DNA of 64,000 nucleotides from the human T2T-CHM13v2.0 reference genome, Homo sapiens. The position numbers were made by a program, and so were the translations under genes. The notes beneath the pieces were generated by a model. The model ran no database searches, was not told the origin of the DNA, and saw only the letters and a list, made by a program, of their open reading frames with translations. The stretch lies in assembly GCF_009914755.1 (NCBI RefSeq), contig NC_060930.1. One strand, written 5' to 3'. This document shows positions 39,770 through 52,860 of the stretch, one piece after another (within the stretch, counting starts at the first letter, position 1; every line of letters starts with the position of its first letter).

Positions 39770-39850
39770 CCTCTCTCTCCCTCTCTCTCTCTCCCCTTCT
39801 CCCCCTCTCTCTCCCTCTCCCTCTCCCTCTTTCACTTTTTCTCCTTCCCG
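39770..39850. repeat. (CT)n / (CTCC)n polypyrimidine-polypurine tract in intron 1
   Basis: ctctctctccctctctctctctccccttct..., about 80 nt of almost pure pyrimidine on the + strand. Confidence 0.9.
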
Positions 39851-39892
39851 CAGAGGTTCTGGCTCAAGAACCTACAGATGGACGGAGCTTAC

Positions 39893-40060
39893 AGTACGGC
39901 ATCAAAAGGCAGACGGATTGGGGTGAGCCCCGCCAGCGCTAGGCCACCTCCTCTCCCTGGCCGTTCGGGACTGGGGACTGCGCTGTCCTGGCTTCCTTCT
40001 CACATTCATTCTCACCACTCCCTTTTTACCTTCTACTCCCAGGCCCTCCCACTCTAAGCT
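39893..40060 (-). other. LAMA4: LAMA4 non-coding exon 1 (3' end defined, TSS approximate)
   Basis: Donor ACT|GTAAGC at 39893/39892 gives a 167-nt intron 1. The 5' boundary cannot be determined from sequence. Confidence 0.65.
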
Positions 40061-41004
40061 GGCTTTTCAGACACTGAGGTCCGCCTTTCCCTGCGGTCTT
40101 CCCTCCCCTCTCAGTTTGGAGCCCCTCCAAGGGCTCCAGAAGAATATTCAGCTTTTGTGACGCTTCCTCACCACTCTTATTTATGTAGTCAAGGTACCGG
40201 ATGTCTTATCTATATTTACATAGATATTTTATGTGGCCCCCGCTAGTTTGCAGGAAAGTGGGTGGAAAAGGGATTCCAGGGCAGGAACCAAAGGTAGATG
40301 ATCTCTGAAGGCAGAGGGTCAGGGTGCCCACTTTCTTGAGCAAGGTTTCTCGGGTTTTTTCTGGGGGATAGACTGTTGCACTCTTTGTGCTAATATCTTC
40401 TCTTCAGATTCACTGGCCACCCCTCTTCCTCCCTCCAGTCCTCACCCAGAGGGCTTGGGAGAAGAATATCTTTCACTGCAGCGCTGGAAAATGACTTCAT
40501 TACCCAAATGCATGAACTTTTATTTACAAAGACCATCTTGTTTTCATCCTAAAGAGGTGCTTTGTAAGGGGCCCGGAACAAGGCTTGCAGTGTATGAGCC
40601 TGTCAAGTATACTGCCTACAGCCCCGGCCTCTTCCTCTTGGCCTGTAATCTCATGCCTACTACATCTGTCTGAATCATGTAACCTTTCCAAGACTTCAGG
40701 GTGAAGTTGGGCTACAGCTATGTCAGGGGTGCCCCTGTGGATGGGATAGTGTCTGCAACAGCTGATAGGTACCTTTGTTTACATTGGCTTCATAACGAGC
40801 TCTAAACATTTCCACAAGATCCAACCATGGTTTAAAAATGGTCAGATGAGACAACCATAAAATGACACCCAGGTAAGCTTCCAGGTGAAATAAAGCATTT
40901 TTGTATAACCTAATCATAAAATAAATAAATAAAGCCTTTCCATAAAACCTAATCATTAGCTCCATTTCATAGAACAAAAGTCATTTTATCTAAGTGTAAG
41001 CAAA

Positions 41005-41215
41005 ACCATTTATTTTGCACCTAACATGTGCCAGATACTTGGCATATGCTATTTGTAAACCTCAGCATTCCTGCAAAGTAGTACCATTATTTTCCTTTTA
41101 CAGAAGAAGAAAGTGAGGTTCAGAGAGACTAGGACATTTGCCCAAGGTCGCACAGCTGGTGGAAAGCAGAGATGGGGTTTGGATCCAGGCCTCACTGATT
41201 CCAAAGCTCTCTTTT
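41005..41215 (-). mobile_element. MIR relic
   Basis: ttttacagaagaagaaagtgaggttcagagag...ttgcccaaggtcgcacagctgg. Confidence 0.75.
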
Positions 41216-41341
41216 ACATCTGTATACACGACACTGCAACTTTAAAATAAAGAGTATGAATTCAGAGGTGAAGGAAATGGACACTTTTATTTTTTGAGTG
41301 CCTCCCATGTGCAAAAAAATCACATAAATTGTCTCATTTAG

Positions 41342-41698
<357 letters not shown>

Positions 41699-42384
41699 TC
41701 ATACACATTTGGCCATGGGTAAGTGGTAAAATTACTACTATAGCCCAGGTAAATCTGATGGTAAGATCTTTGATTTTAAATGATAAAATTGTATGATACA
41801 AAAGAACCAAAGCCAAAGGAAGCAAAAATAATTCCTATAGGTTTTAAAGTGATATTTTGATTTTAAAATATTAAAATAGTATTGCAAGGGACTATTAAGC
41901 TAAATTATGATACTCTTCTTTTACATAGACTTGTTAACCTACTAAATTAAGTGGGAGAAGTTAAAAACATGTTTGGTTTAGTTGAGAGACTGATATTGGG
42001 AAAAAAGATAGCCAGACTCTGAGACAAAACAGATTATGCTCAGTTATACTGACCCAGTCACCCTTTAAAAGAACATTAAATAATAATAATATTAATTATA
42101 TATGATGTATATTAAATATTCTGACTTCAGATACAGATCTCTTCAGCTCACCAAAACTCATATATTTGTTTTCTGAAGGATTTCATCTTGTTCTTTACTA
42201 GCTGCCAATTAATCACACACTTTTTAATTTAATCTGGGCCCTCTTCTGTCTGCCTGCCCAGTGCTGGTAGGAGTGTATTCGTCCAAGACCTATGGACTTC
42301 TTATTTTTGGTTAAATATGTGCTCCCAGCTCTTCCTCTTCATCTTCTTTCTGTGGGTACTATTATTGTTTTTGAGACAAAATGG

Positions 42385-43245
42385 CATAATATGCAGGGGG
42401 ATGGGTTTTGTATAAAATAAAACAGGGTTCAAATCCTGGGTCTGCATGTAGTACTTTTGGGAGCTTGGCATGTAACTTAGTCCCTCTGAAAGTTTCCTTC
42501 CCTGTAAAATGGGCATAATGATGCCTTTTTGTCATAGGCATTTCAACTAGAGCAATTCCATCTTGAATAGGGGCTGGGTAAAATAGGACTGAGACCTACT
42601 GGGCTGCGTTTGGAGGAGGTTAGGCATTCTAACTCACTGGATGAGACAGGAGATCAGCATAAGATACAGGTCACAAAGACCTTGCTGATAAAACAGCATG
42701 CGGTAAAGAAGGCAGTCAAATCCCAACAAAACCAAGGTGGTGACCTTGGTCGGACTCACTGCTCATTATACGTGAATTATATTGCGCTAACATGCTAAAA
42801 TACACTCCCACCAGCACCATGACAGCTTATAAATGCCATGGCAACATCAGGGAGTTACCCTATATGGTCTAAAAAAGGGAGGAACCCTTAGGTTCCCAGA
42901 AATTGCCGACTCCTTTCCCAGGAAACTCATGAATAATCCACACCCTGTTTAGCATATAATCAAGAAATAACCATAAAGATAGGCAATCAGCAGCCCTTGA
43001 GGCTGCTCTGCCTGTGGAGTAGCCATTCTTTTATTCCTTTACTTTCTGAATAAACTTGGCTTTACTTAACTCTATGGACTCGCCTGGAATTTTTTGTTGC
43101 GTGAGATCCAAGAACCTTCTCTTGGGGTCTGGATTGAAACCTCTTTCTGGTAACATTTTCACTGAATTATTATGGGTAGTAAATGAAAGAATATAAATAA
43201 ACATTAACACAGACTAGCATGTAGTCAGAGCTCAATAAATACTAT
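42385..43245 (+). mobile_element. MIR split by the MER41B LTR
   Basis: gggttcaaatcctgg...ctgtaaaatgggcataat before the LTR and taaatgaaag...ctcaataaat after it. Confidence 0.65.
42530..43155 (+). mobile_element. MER41B-type ERV1 solo LTR, full length (626 bp)
   Basis: TG...CA termini and 4-bp TSD TTTT; 5' tgtcataggcatttcaactagagcaattccatcttgaataggggctgggtaaaata matches MER41; retains the STAT-motif segment; AATAAA near 43049. Confidence 0.9.
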
Positions 43246-43254
43246 TTAATTATA

Positions 43255-44107
43255 CAATAAGCCCCCATTTAACATTATCTATATGTTCTTGGAAACTGCA
43301 ACTTTAAGCAAAACAACATACAATGAAGCCAATTTTACCTTAGGCTAATTGACATAATTAAGATTTATTTAAATTCCTATGACATAGTTCTGGTCACAAA
43401 AACATCACTAAACTTCTAAAGAAAGACCAAAATGCTTCTAATGGTAAATATGAAAATAAATGTGAGCTATACGTACATTTCAGAAAGATTAATAGAAACA
43501 AGTGTGAGAATTATTTACCCAATGTTTGGTGAATCAGTGAGTGACAGCAGTCATAGTGGTGGTGGGTTAAAGCAAGGAATAAATGTTTTAAAGCAAAAAT
43601 TATAAGCACCTCCTACCACCATGCAATTCAAAAAAACCCAACAACAAATATGATGGGCTCGCTGAACGCTTCCATGCAGCATCATTTATTGTCATATGCC
43701 TGTATGATTATTGTAGACTTCATGAATTTTTATTTGATAACAATTTTTGTTCATTATTCAATCATTTTCCAACCTGCTTTTTCCAACTCAGAGTGTTGGG
43801 TGGCTGGAGCCCATACTGGCAGCTCAGAGTTCAAGCTGGGGACCCTGGACAGAAGGCCATTCCATTGCCGGGCACGCTCACACACACACAGCCACACTCA
43901 CTAAGACTGGAACCATGCAGACGTACCAAGGAACGAGGATATCTTTGAGATGTGGGAGGAAACTGAAGTACCTGGAGAAAACTCACGTGAGAACTTGCAA
44001 ATTCCACACAGACAGTGGCTCCAGCCAGGAATTGATTTTTTTTTTTTTCTCACCAATATTATGACAAAGCAACATTGAAAGAAACAATGTTATTCTGGGA
44101 CCTGCCT
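43255..44107 (-). mobile_element. MER6 (TcMar-Tigger), near full length
   Basis: TA-flanked. The reverse strand matches the recalled MER6 consensus from gcaggtccc.gaataac through ccactgtctgtgtggaatttgcaagttctc to gcagtttccaagaac. Confidence 0.88.
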
Positions 44108-45286
44108 TACTATATTTTCAAATCTTAAAGAAGAACAAAATGACTATTGTAAAAGAGGAAAGGCAACCATTTTATTTATCCTGGTGTAGGTAACCTCCCA
44201 TGTTTGAGAATAGCCATTCACATTTCTGGCTGCTACTGGGCCCTTCCTTGCATTAACCAGGAATGAGGCAGTCATGGGCCACAGAGTCATAGGTCAAGCA
44301 GATGAGGAGAGAGCACGGCTGACTAATTTACAGCAAGTTAAAAGGCAGCAGAAACCTTTGGTGAGTTACCTCCTCACCAAAGGGCCACTCCTTGACCACC
44401 AAACACCTGAGTGTAGGAGGATTTTATTCCTGCCACAAGGGCAACTGGGAAGCATTTCTAGTGCGGCTGCTTTCTTATCACGGCTCTCCCTTTCTCTCCC
44501 TCCTGGGATTGAGGCTTGGTGTTCACCCAGTCTTTTCATGGCTGTCATCGTTTTCGGGACACCTATCTACCCCGTGATGACAGGGGTGCTGCTCCATCAT
44601 CCACAATGCATAGAAGACAGCACGGACATGCAGAGACGCTCACAGTGCCTACAAGGACACTAAGCCCGTTAGTACAAAACGAGGGCCCCCACACCATCCA
44701 ACTCCCAGACCAATACTTTCCCAACTAGGCCGAGCTATTTTTGGTTCTGGCAGCAGCAGATCTGATGATTTTGAGGTTTTATCAAAAGAAGCTTCTGGAA
44801 TTCCCTTTTGAGGACCCTAGTGTGATAATCAGCAGATAAATATCAGGGCTGCCTACCCCTTCAGAGCTTGGCTGTTAGACCTGTCCTCAGCATCCAAAGC
44901 CCTAAGGAGGGTGTTATTAACACATCCCATGTGCCCTTCTGTAAATAGAAAGTCACGTCAGATGCTATTTTGAACTTGTAAGTGCTAATCTTGACATAAC
45001 TAGACAGAGGATTGTTGTGGGGACTGTGTACTAGTGACAATAATTTTGTGATGAGATGAGTCAGAGAAGCAAGTATGAACTATCCCCCACCATGAGGTCT
45101 CTAACTGGCACTCAAGTAGCAGGACCAGAAAGTGTAAGATGGCGTCTCTTTTTTTCTGCTGATCCTGCTGTCCTCTCAGACCAAGATTCCCTTCTATGAA
45201 CGACTCTGGTGGATGTTCAGTCTCTGTGAGGAGGAGCAGCAGCGAGAGTGCTAGGAGGTGAATAGGGTTTAAAAGTTGTTCTTCCT

Positions 45287-45586
<300 letters not shown>

Positions 45587-45807
45587 CTTGTTGTTTCTTC
45601 TGTTAGTTTTCTCAGGCTTTTGCCCAGGACATGAATAGTATGTGCTATCTATGCTTCCTCTGCAGTCATAGACTCATTTGGCTTTTAGTATATGCTATCA
45701 GCATTCTTCATCATTCATTCTTTCATCCATCCATCTATTCATATATTATTTATTTAATCATCATTTGTTAAGTAGCTCAGTACACCAGGTTTAGATGCTG
45801 AGGATAA

Positions 45808-46210
<403 letters not shown>

Positions 46211-46219
46211 TAACAGGAG

Positions 46220-46345
46220 TTCAAAGAGAAAGTGCAGAAATGCTTCTGATAAAACATATCGAACAAGCCTTTTATCCAGATGCACTTCAAATAGGAAGTG
46301 CAGAAAGGCTTCTGATAAAATATATCAAACAAGCCTTTTACCCAG
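46220..46345. repeat. Diverged tandem duplication, 66-bp period (60-nt copies, 6 mismatches)
   Basis: ttcaaagagaaagtgcagaaatgcttctgataaaacatatc... at 46220 versus ttcaaataggaagtgcagaaaggcttctgataaaatatatc... at 46286. Confidence 0.9.
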
Positions 46346-46458
46346 GGGAAGTCAGAGAGGCTTGAGAAGAAGAGAGCAACCGGGCTGAGTCTGAACTGAT
46401 GGGAGAAGGGGAAGGATGGTGCTCCAGAAGTGAAGTGCAGATGCAGAAGGACAGACAA

Positions 46459-46786
46459 GTCTGGGCACAGTGGCTCATGCCTGTAATTCCAGTATTTTGG
46501 GAGGCTCAGGCGGCGGATCACCTGAGCCCAGAAGTTTGAGACCAGCCTAGGCAACATGGTGAGACCCCATATCTACAAGAACAAAAAACAAAAAAAAACC
46601 AAAAAACAAAAACCCCAAATATTAGCCAGGCATGGTGCTATGTGCCTGTAGTCCCAGCTACACGAGAGACTGAGGTGGGAGGATCACCTGAACCTGGGAA
46701 GTCAAGGCCGCTGTGAGATCGCACCACTGTACTACAGCCTGGGTGACAGAGTGAGAGCTTGTCTTAAAAAACTAAAATAAAATAAA
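46459..46786 (+). mobile_element. Alu (AluJ-type)
   Basis: tgagcccagaagtttgagaccagcctaggcaacat and gaggtgggaggatcacctga are J-type features; expanded A-rich linker. Confidence 0.9.
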
Positions 46787-47392
46787 CCAGAGGAACAGAC
46801 ACATCAGGGAACATGATGCCATGGGAGGGTGAGAAAGCCATATGATTTCTAGTTGCTCTCTGAGCCCCGCCAACCGTTCACAGGGTACCGTCCCTGCTGT
46901 CAGGCCCACAGAGCCTGCAGGAAAAGAAAGAACTTCCCCAGCCTCCTACTGCTCTCTCAGCACTGCACACCAATCCAGGCCCAGTAAGTAACAGAGGATC
47001 CTTCCCCATTGCAAATCTGAACACTGGGAGCTGTTAGGCCTAGTATTTACACCCTGAGCAAAAACCCAATAAAACTGATGGGAGAAAGAACAACTTTTAA
47101 AAGGCCTCCATGCCTCTCCTAGCACCCTTGCTGTGCTGTTGCACCTCAAACAGCCTGAACTTCCACCAAAGTCAGTCATAAAAGAGAATCTCCATCTGAG
47201 AGGAGAATCAGCAGAAAAAGAGACACTGTCCCTCTTAAACGTTTCATTCCTACCATTGGGTACCAGTTAGGGTACAGGGTGGGGGAGAGCTGGTGCTTGC
47301 ATCTCTGACTGATCTTACCATAAAATTGTCTTCACTGTTTTTTAGGTGAATAAATTTAAGTGTAGAAATGACATGATCATATTTGCATTAAC

Positions 47393-47547
47393 TTTATTTT
47401 TTTTGTTTTGAGACAGAGTCTTGCTCTGTTGCCTGGCGCAATCTCAGCTGGCTGTAGCCTCTGCCTCCTAGGTTCTAGTGATTCTCCTGCCTCAGCCTCC
47501 CAAGTAGCTGGGATTACGGGCACACGCCACCATGCCCAGCTAATTTT
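47393..47547 (-). mobile_element. Alu right-arm fragment
   Basis: Poly(T) tail running to the linker cccagctaatttt. Confidence 0.88.
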
Positions 47548-47599
47548 CTAATATATGTAATTTTTAATTTTACTATAATTACTTTATCTGGTACATTTA

Positions 47600-47839
<240 letters not shown>

Positions 47840-49084
47840 TTACCAGAAATCATACTATTCTGGGGCAATAACTTACAACACTGAAAACGTTTTGGTGTAA
47901 ATACCTTCAGACTTTTGTGACATCTATATTAATGTGACCCATCTATTTTTATATTTTATATATTTTATTATATATTATATATATGTTTTGTACGTATTCA
48001 TTTTGTCTATTCCATCTATTTTTTTTTTTTTGCAAAAATGAATCCAACTGTACATAATATATTTCAACTTTTTCTCCATGTCAGTGTAACTCCAGTATGT
48101 TACCATGAATAGCTTGCAGTGTTCAGATTTGAATTTTGGGAAGACCTCCTGGTGTGGATGGGGCCTGGAATTGAGGACAGTGCTAAGAGACCAGTTAGGA
48201 GGCTGGGAAAGCCCTTGCTTCTCATGCAAGCTCTGTTAACCCCAAGGGCAGGGACTATACTCATGAACTGGGGACTCAGGAAGCTTTTGGGGATGATAGT
48301 AGCAATGATTGGGTTGGCCTGATGGAGAGTGAAACAAACAGATGAGAGCATGGTCCTAACAAGGATTATTGACCAGCCTCTGCTGTGGCCATTCCTTTAG
48401 GTCTAATAGGATAATTACTTCATCAGCAATAAAGGAAAGTGATGGATGCTCCCGGTAATGTTTTCAATAGAGAACAGCAGGTGTCAACATCAATTAGCTC
48501 AGTTGATGAGATCAATATAACATAGGAGCTCCTGGGACCTGTTAATGAAATGATATAATTAAGAAGAATGGAACAACTTTCAAAAAAGGAGGCCTAAGAA
48601 ACTGACTTTTGTGTCCGTACATCCACCCCCACTCCCAGTACCACAAAGGAACTATCCGTTAAGAACAGGATTGCTGTCAGCATGGTGGGAAGATACACAG
48701 AATGAAATGTTAAAATCTGTTCTAACCTGCTCTGTGTGAGCAGCTGCAGAAACTAGTCTGTGAGATTTTAACTCAAAAGCTCTATAATGGAAAATGCATG
48801 CTGGACATGCTCACTTTAGGATATCAACTGACTTCAGAAGAAACTTTGGAAGTAGGGAGGGCATAACCATAATAGTGCTTCAAATTTTCACAGTGCCTTA
48901 TGATTTGAAATTGATATATAGTTCTTTCTTCTTCTACAAGTGAGACTGATCTGGCTTTAAATGCCAAGCATAGACTCAGACTTTTAGGAGAAAGATTCCT
49001 ATATCACAGTCCACCACATCCCTTATTCCTTGAGTATTTAATAATCGAAATAAGATGTTAAATTCACCATCCATTCATTCAACA

Positions 49085-50385
<1,301 letters not shown>

Positions 50386-50389
50386 TTGA

Positions 50390-50684
<295 letters not shown>

Positions 50685-50754
50685 GGCTTCTTTTTGAAAT
50701 CTAACTCAGATCATATTCTTACTAAGAATTCCTTATTGTATTCCTTACTTAAAG

Positions 50755-50810
50755 ATACTTACTTTTAAACATTATATATCCATACTTATTTTAAACATTA
50801 TATATCCATA
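50755..50810. repeat. ~27-bp tandem duplication (atactta(c)ttttaaacattatatatcc x2)
   Basis: Direct read. Confidence 0.85.
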
Positions 50811-51042
50811 ATATGTAAGGCATACTTTTTTTCTGGAATCTATTACGGGCAAGGAACTGTAGATAAAACTATAGGACATCCTTATTGTCTAGTAAGAAAG
50901 ATTTGTAGCATGAACTCCATTACCTACAATTCAAATCACCTAGTGCTCAAGATGGGCAAAAGTCCATTGCCTTTGGGAGAGATAGCAGGAAGGGATCACT
51001 TTGAACTCCATGAGAAGAGAAGGGATTAAAGATTTGAACTGG

Positions 51043-51348
51043 GGCCAGGTGCAGTGAGTGGCTCATGCCTGTAATCCCAACACTTTGGGAGGCTGAGGCG
51101 GGCAGATGGCTTGAGCTCAGGAGTTGAAGACTAGCCTGGGCAACATAGTGAAACTCTGTCTCTACAAAAAACACAAAAGTTAGCTGGATGTGGTGGCTAA
51201 TTTTTAATCAGCCTGTGGTCCCAGCTACTCAAGAGGCTGAGGTGGGAGGATTACTTGAGCCCAGGAGGTCAAGACTACAGTAAGCCGAGATCATACCACC
51301 GTACTCCAGCCTGGGAGACAGAAGAGACCCTGTTAAAAAAAAAAAAAA
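51043..51348 (+). mobile_element. Alu (AluJ-type)
   Basis: ttgagctcaggagttgaagactagcctgggcaacatag and ttgagcccaggaggtcaagact. Confidence 0.9.
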
Positions 51349-51899
51349 TGAGCAGGATCTCTTAAGTATAGGAATTAGATGTGGGAAGATGGGTGTGGAA
51401 GGTGCACAAGGAAAGGAATTTCTGGCAAATGGAACAGCATAGGCTCAGGTGTAGGAATGGAAAAACACATTCATGTTCAGGCAAAGGCAAGTTGATAGAT
51501 GGCTGAGCACTGCACAAAGCTGGTTTGGGTGAATAATGGGAGGTAATATAGGTAAGATAGGTATGGCCTGATTATTTTATAGTTTGCTGCTAGAAGAAAG
51601 AGAGAAGATCACCAGAGAGTTAAGAAGGGTTCATCGGATAACCATGTGGAGGTTGCACTGCAGTGGAGAGAGACTGGAGGCTGGTCCAGCTGGGAGATTG
51701 CTGCAGTAATAATGTAGGCCTCAAGTGGGGACAAAGAATAACGTTTATGAACTGTCACTGTCCACGAACACAATGTCCCATCCCTGAGTTAATCCAGGTG
51801 TAATGCAGACAACTAATTTTGTAAAACTACTATTTCCTTGAAACCGACATGAATTTTAGCTTGAATGGAATCAGTCAATGGAAGGATAGGCCAGGAAAG

Positions 51900-52402
51900 A
51901 AGGCAATGCTTGATACGGGTGTTTCCCAACCGACACACACTGTGTGGCGTCTACTAAGCCACAGGCTGGCTCCTCCGCCAGGGGAAGGTTTTGCCTGACA
52001 GCAATTCCTATGAGATAGCTTCTTCCTTTTTTTTTTTTTTTTTGAGGGGGCAGGAAGTAGGAGGGGGCAGCATGGCGGAAGCCCTTGTGAGTGCAGGGGT
52101 CTTCTGGAAAGAGAAGTTCTCATTCTTTGGAGAGAGCTTCCAAAGGTGGACAGCTTTTTTTTCTGTTTTATGTGGAAGAGAGACTTTGTTGCCCTTGGAG
52201 TTGTTGACAGTCCGAGGGGAAGCCAGGTTTAGCAGAAACTGACTCCATAGAAGGCAGAGTGGAAGGAGAAGAGAAAATGGGTCCCAGAAGATGATATTTA
52301 GCTGTGGAATCTGAACTTTCCAATTTCACAAGCCCAAAAATACCCTTTATTGCCAAGTTGAGTTAGATTTTCTGTTAGAACAAAAAGGTTTCTAACTGAT
52401 AC
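51900..52402 (+). mobile_element. Old MaLR (MLT1-family) LTR relic
   Basis: 3' end ccaagttgagttagattttctgtta...ctaactgataca is typical of MLT1; 5' boundary uncertain. Confidence 0.55.
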
Positions 52403-52599
52403 AAGAACAGTAGGGATTTGAGAAACGTGATTTTGGAAGAGACTGTGATGAGTGAATTAGTGAGAAATAGGAGGTGGTTTGTTGAACAGAAATGTCTTTT
52501 AGAGGAAGTCCTCAGGAAAGCAAAACTAATATAGAGAATATCTTGATTTTCCACAATTCATCAATCTGTAGACATTTATTAGAAGAGAAGTTAGATGTT

Positions 52600-52860
52600 A
52601 AAAACTCAGCCTATGGATTCAGACTGTGAACCTGTGTATTGTAGTTTGTTTTTATAGCCTTTAATTCTCCAACTTATCAACTCTGTGAACTTGAGAAATT
52701 ATTTCATTCTCAAAACCTCAGCTGCCGCATCTGTAAAAAGGGAACTGTATCTATCTCCTAGAGTTTTTGTGAGTGTAAAATAAGGTTGTGTATGAAAATT
52801 GCCCAGAATAATGCCTGGCACATAGAGAATGCTTAATAAACTTTAGCTGCTATTATTATT
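52600..52860 (+). mobile_element. MIR relic
   Basis: ctgtgaacttgag...cctcagctgccgcatctgtaaaa...gcctggcacatag...aataaactttagctgctattatt. Confidence 0.7.

Larger units (their letters stand above)
39300..40150. promoter_or_regulatory. CpG island / LAMA4 promoter and first exons
   Basis: The clearest CpG-dense, GC-rich non-repeat block in the window (e.g. gcccgcggggcgc, gcggcgcggg, gcgtggtgcggcgg); overlaps the ATG exon. Confidence 0.85.

Noticed and set aside
40020-40050. Possible G-quadruplex in exon 1 (GGGAGGGCCTGGG-N15-GGG on the minus strand)
   Set aside because: The fourth G-run needs a 15-nt loop and inclusion in the transcript depends on an unknown TSS; too weak to call.
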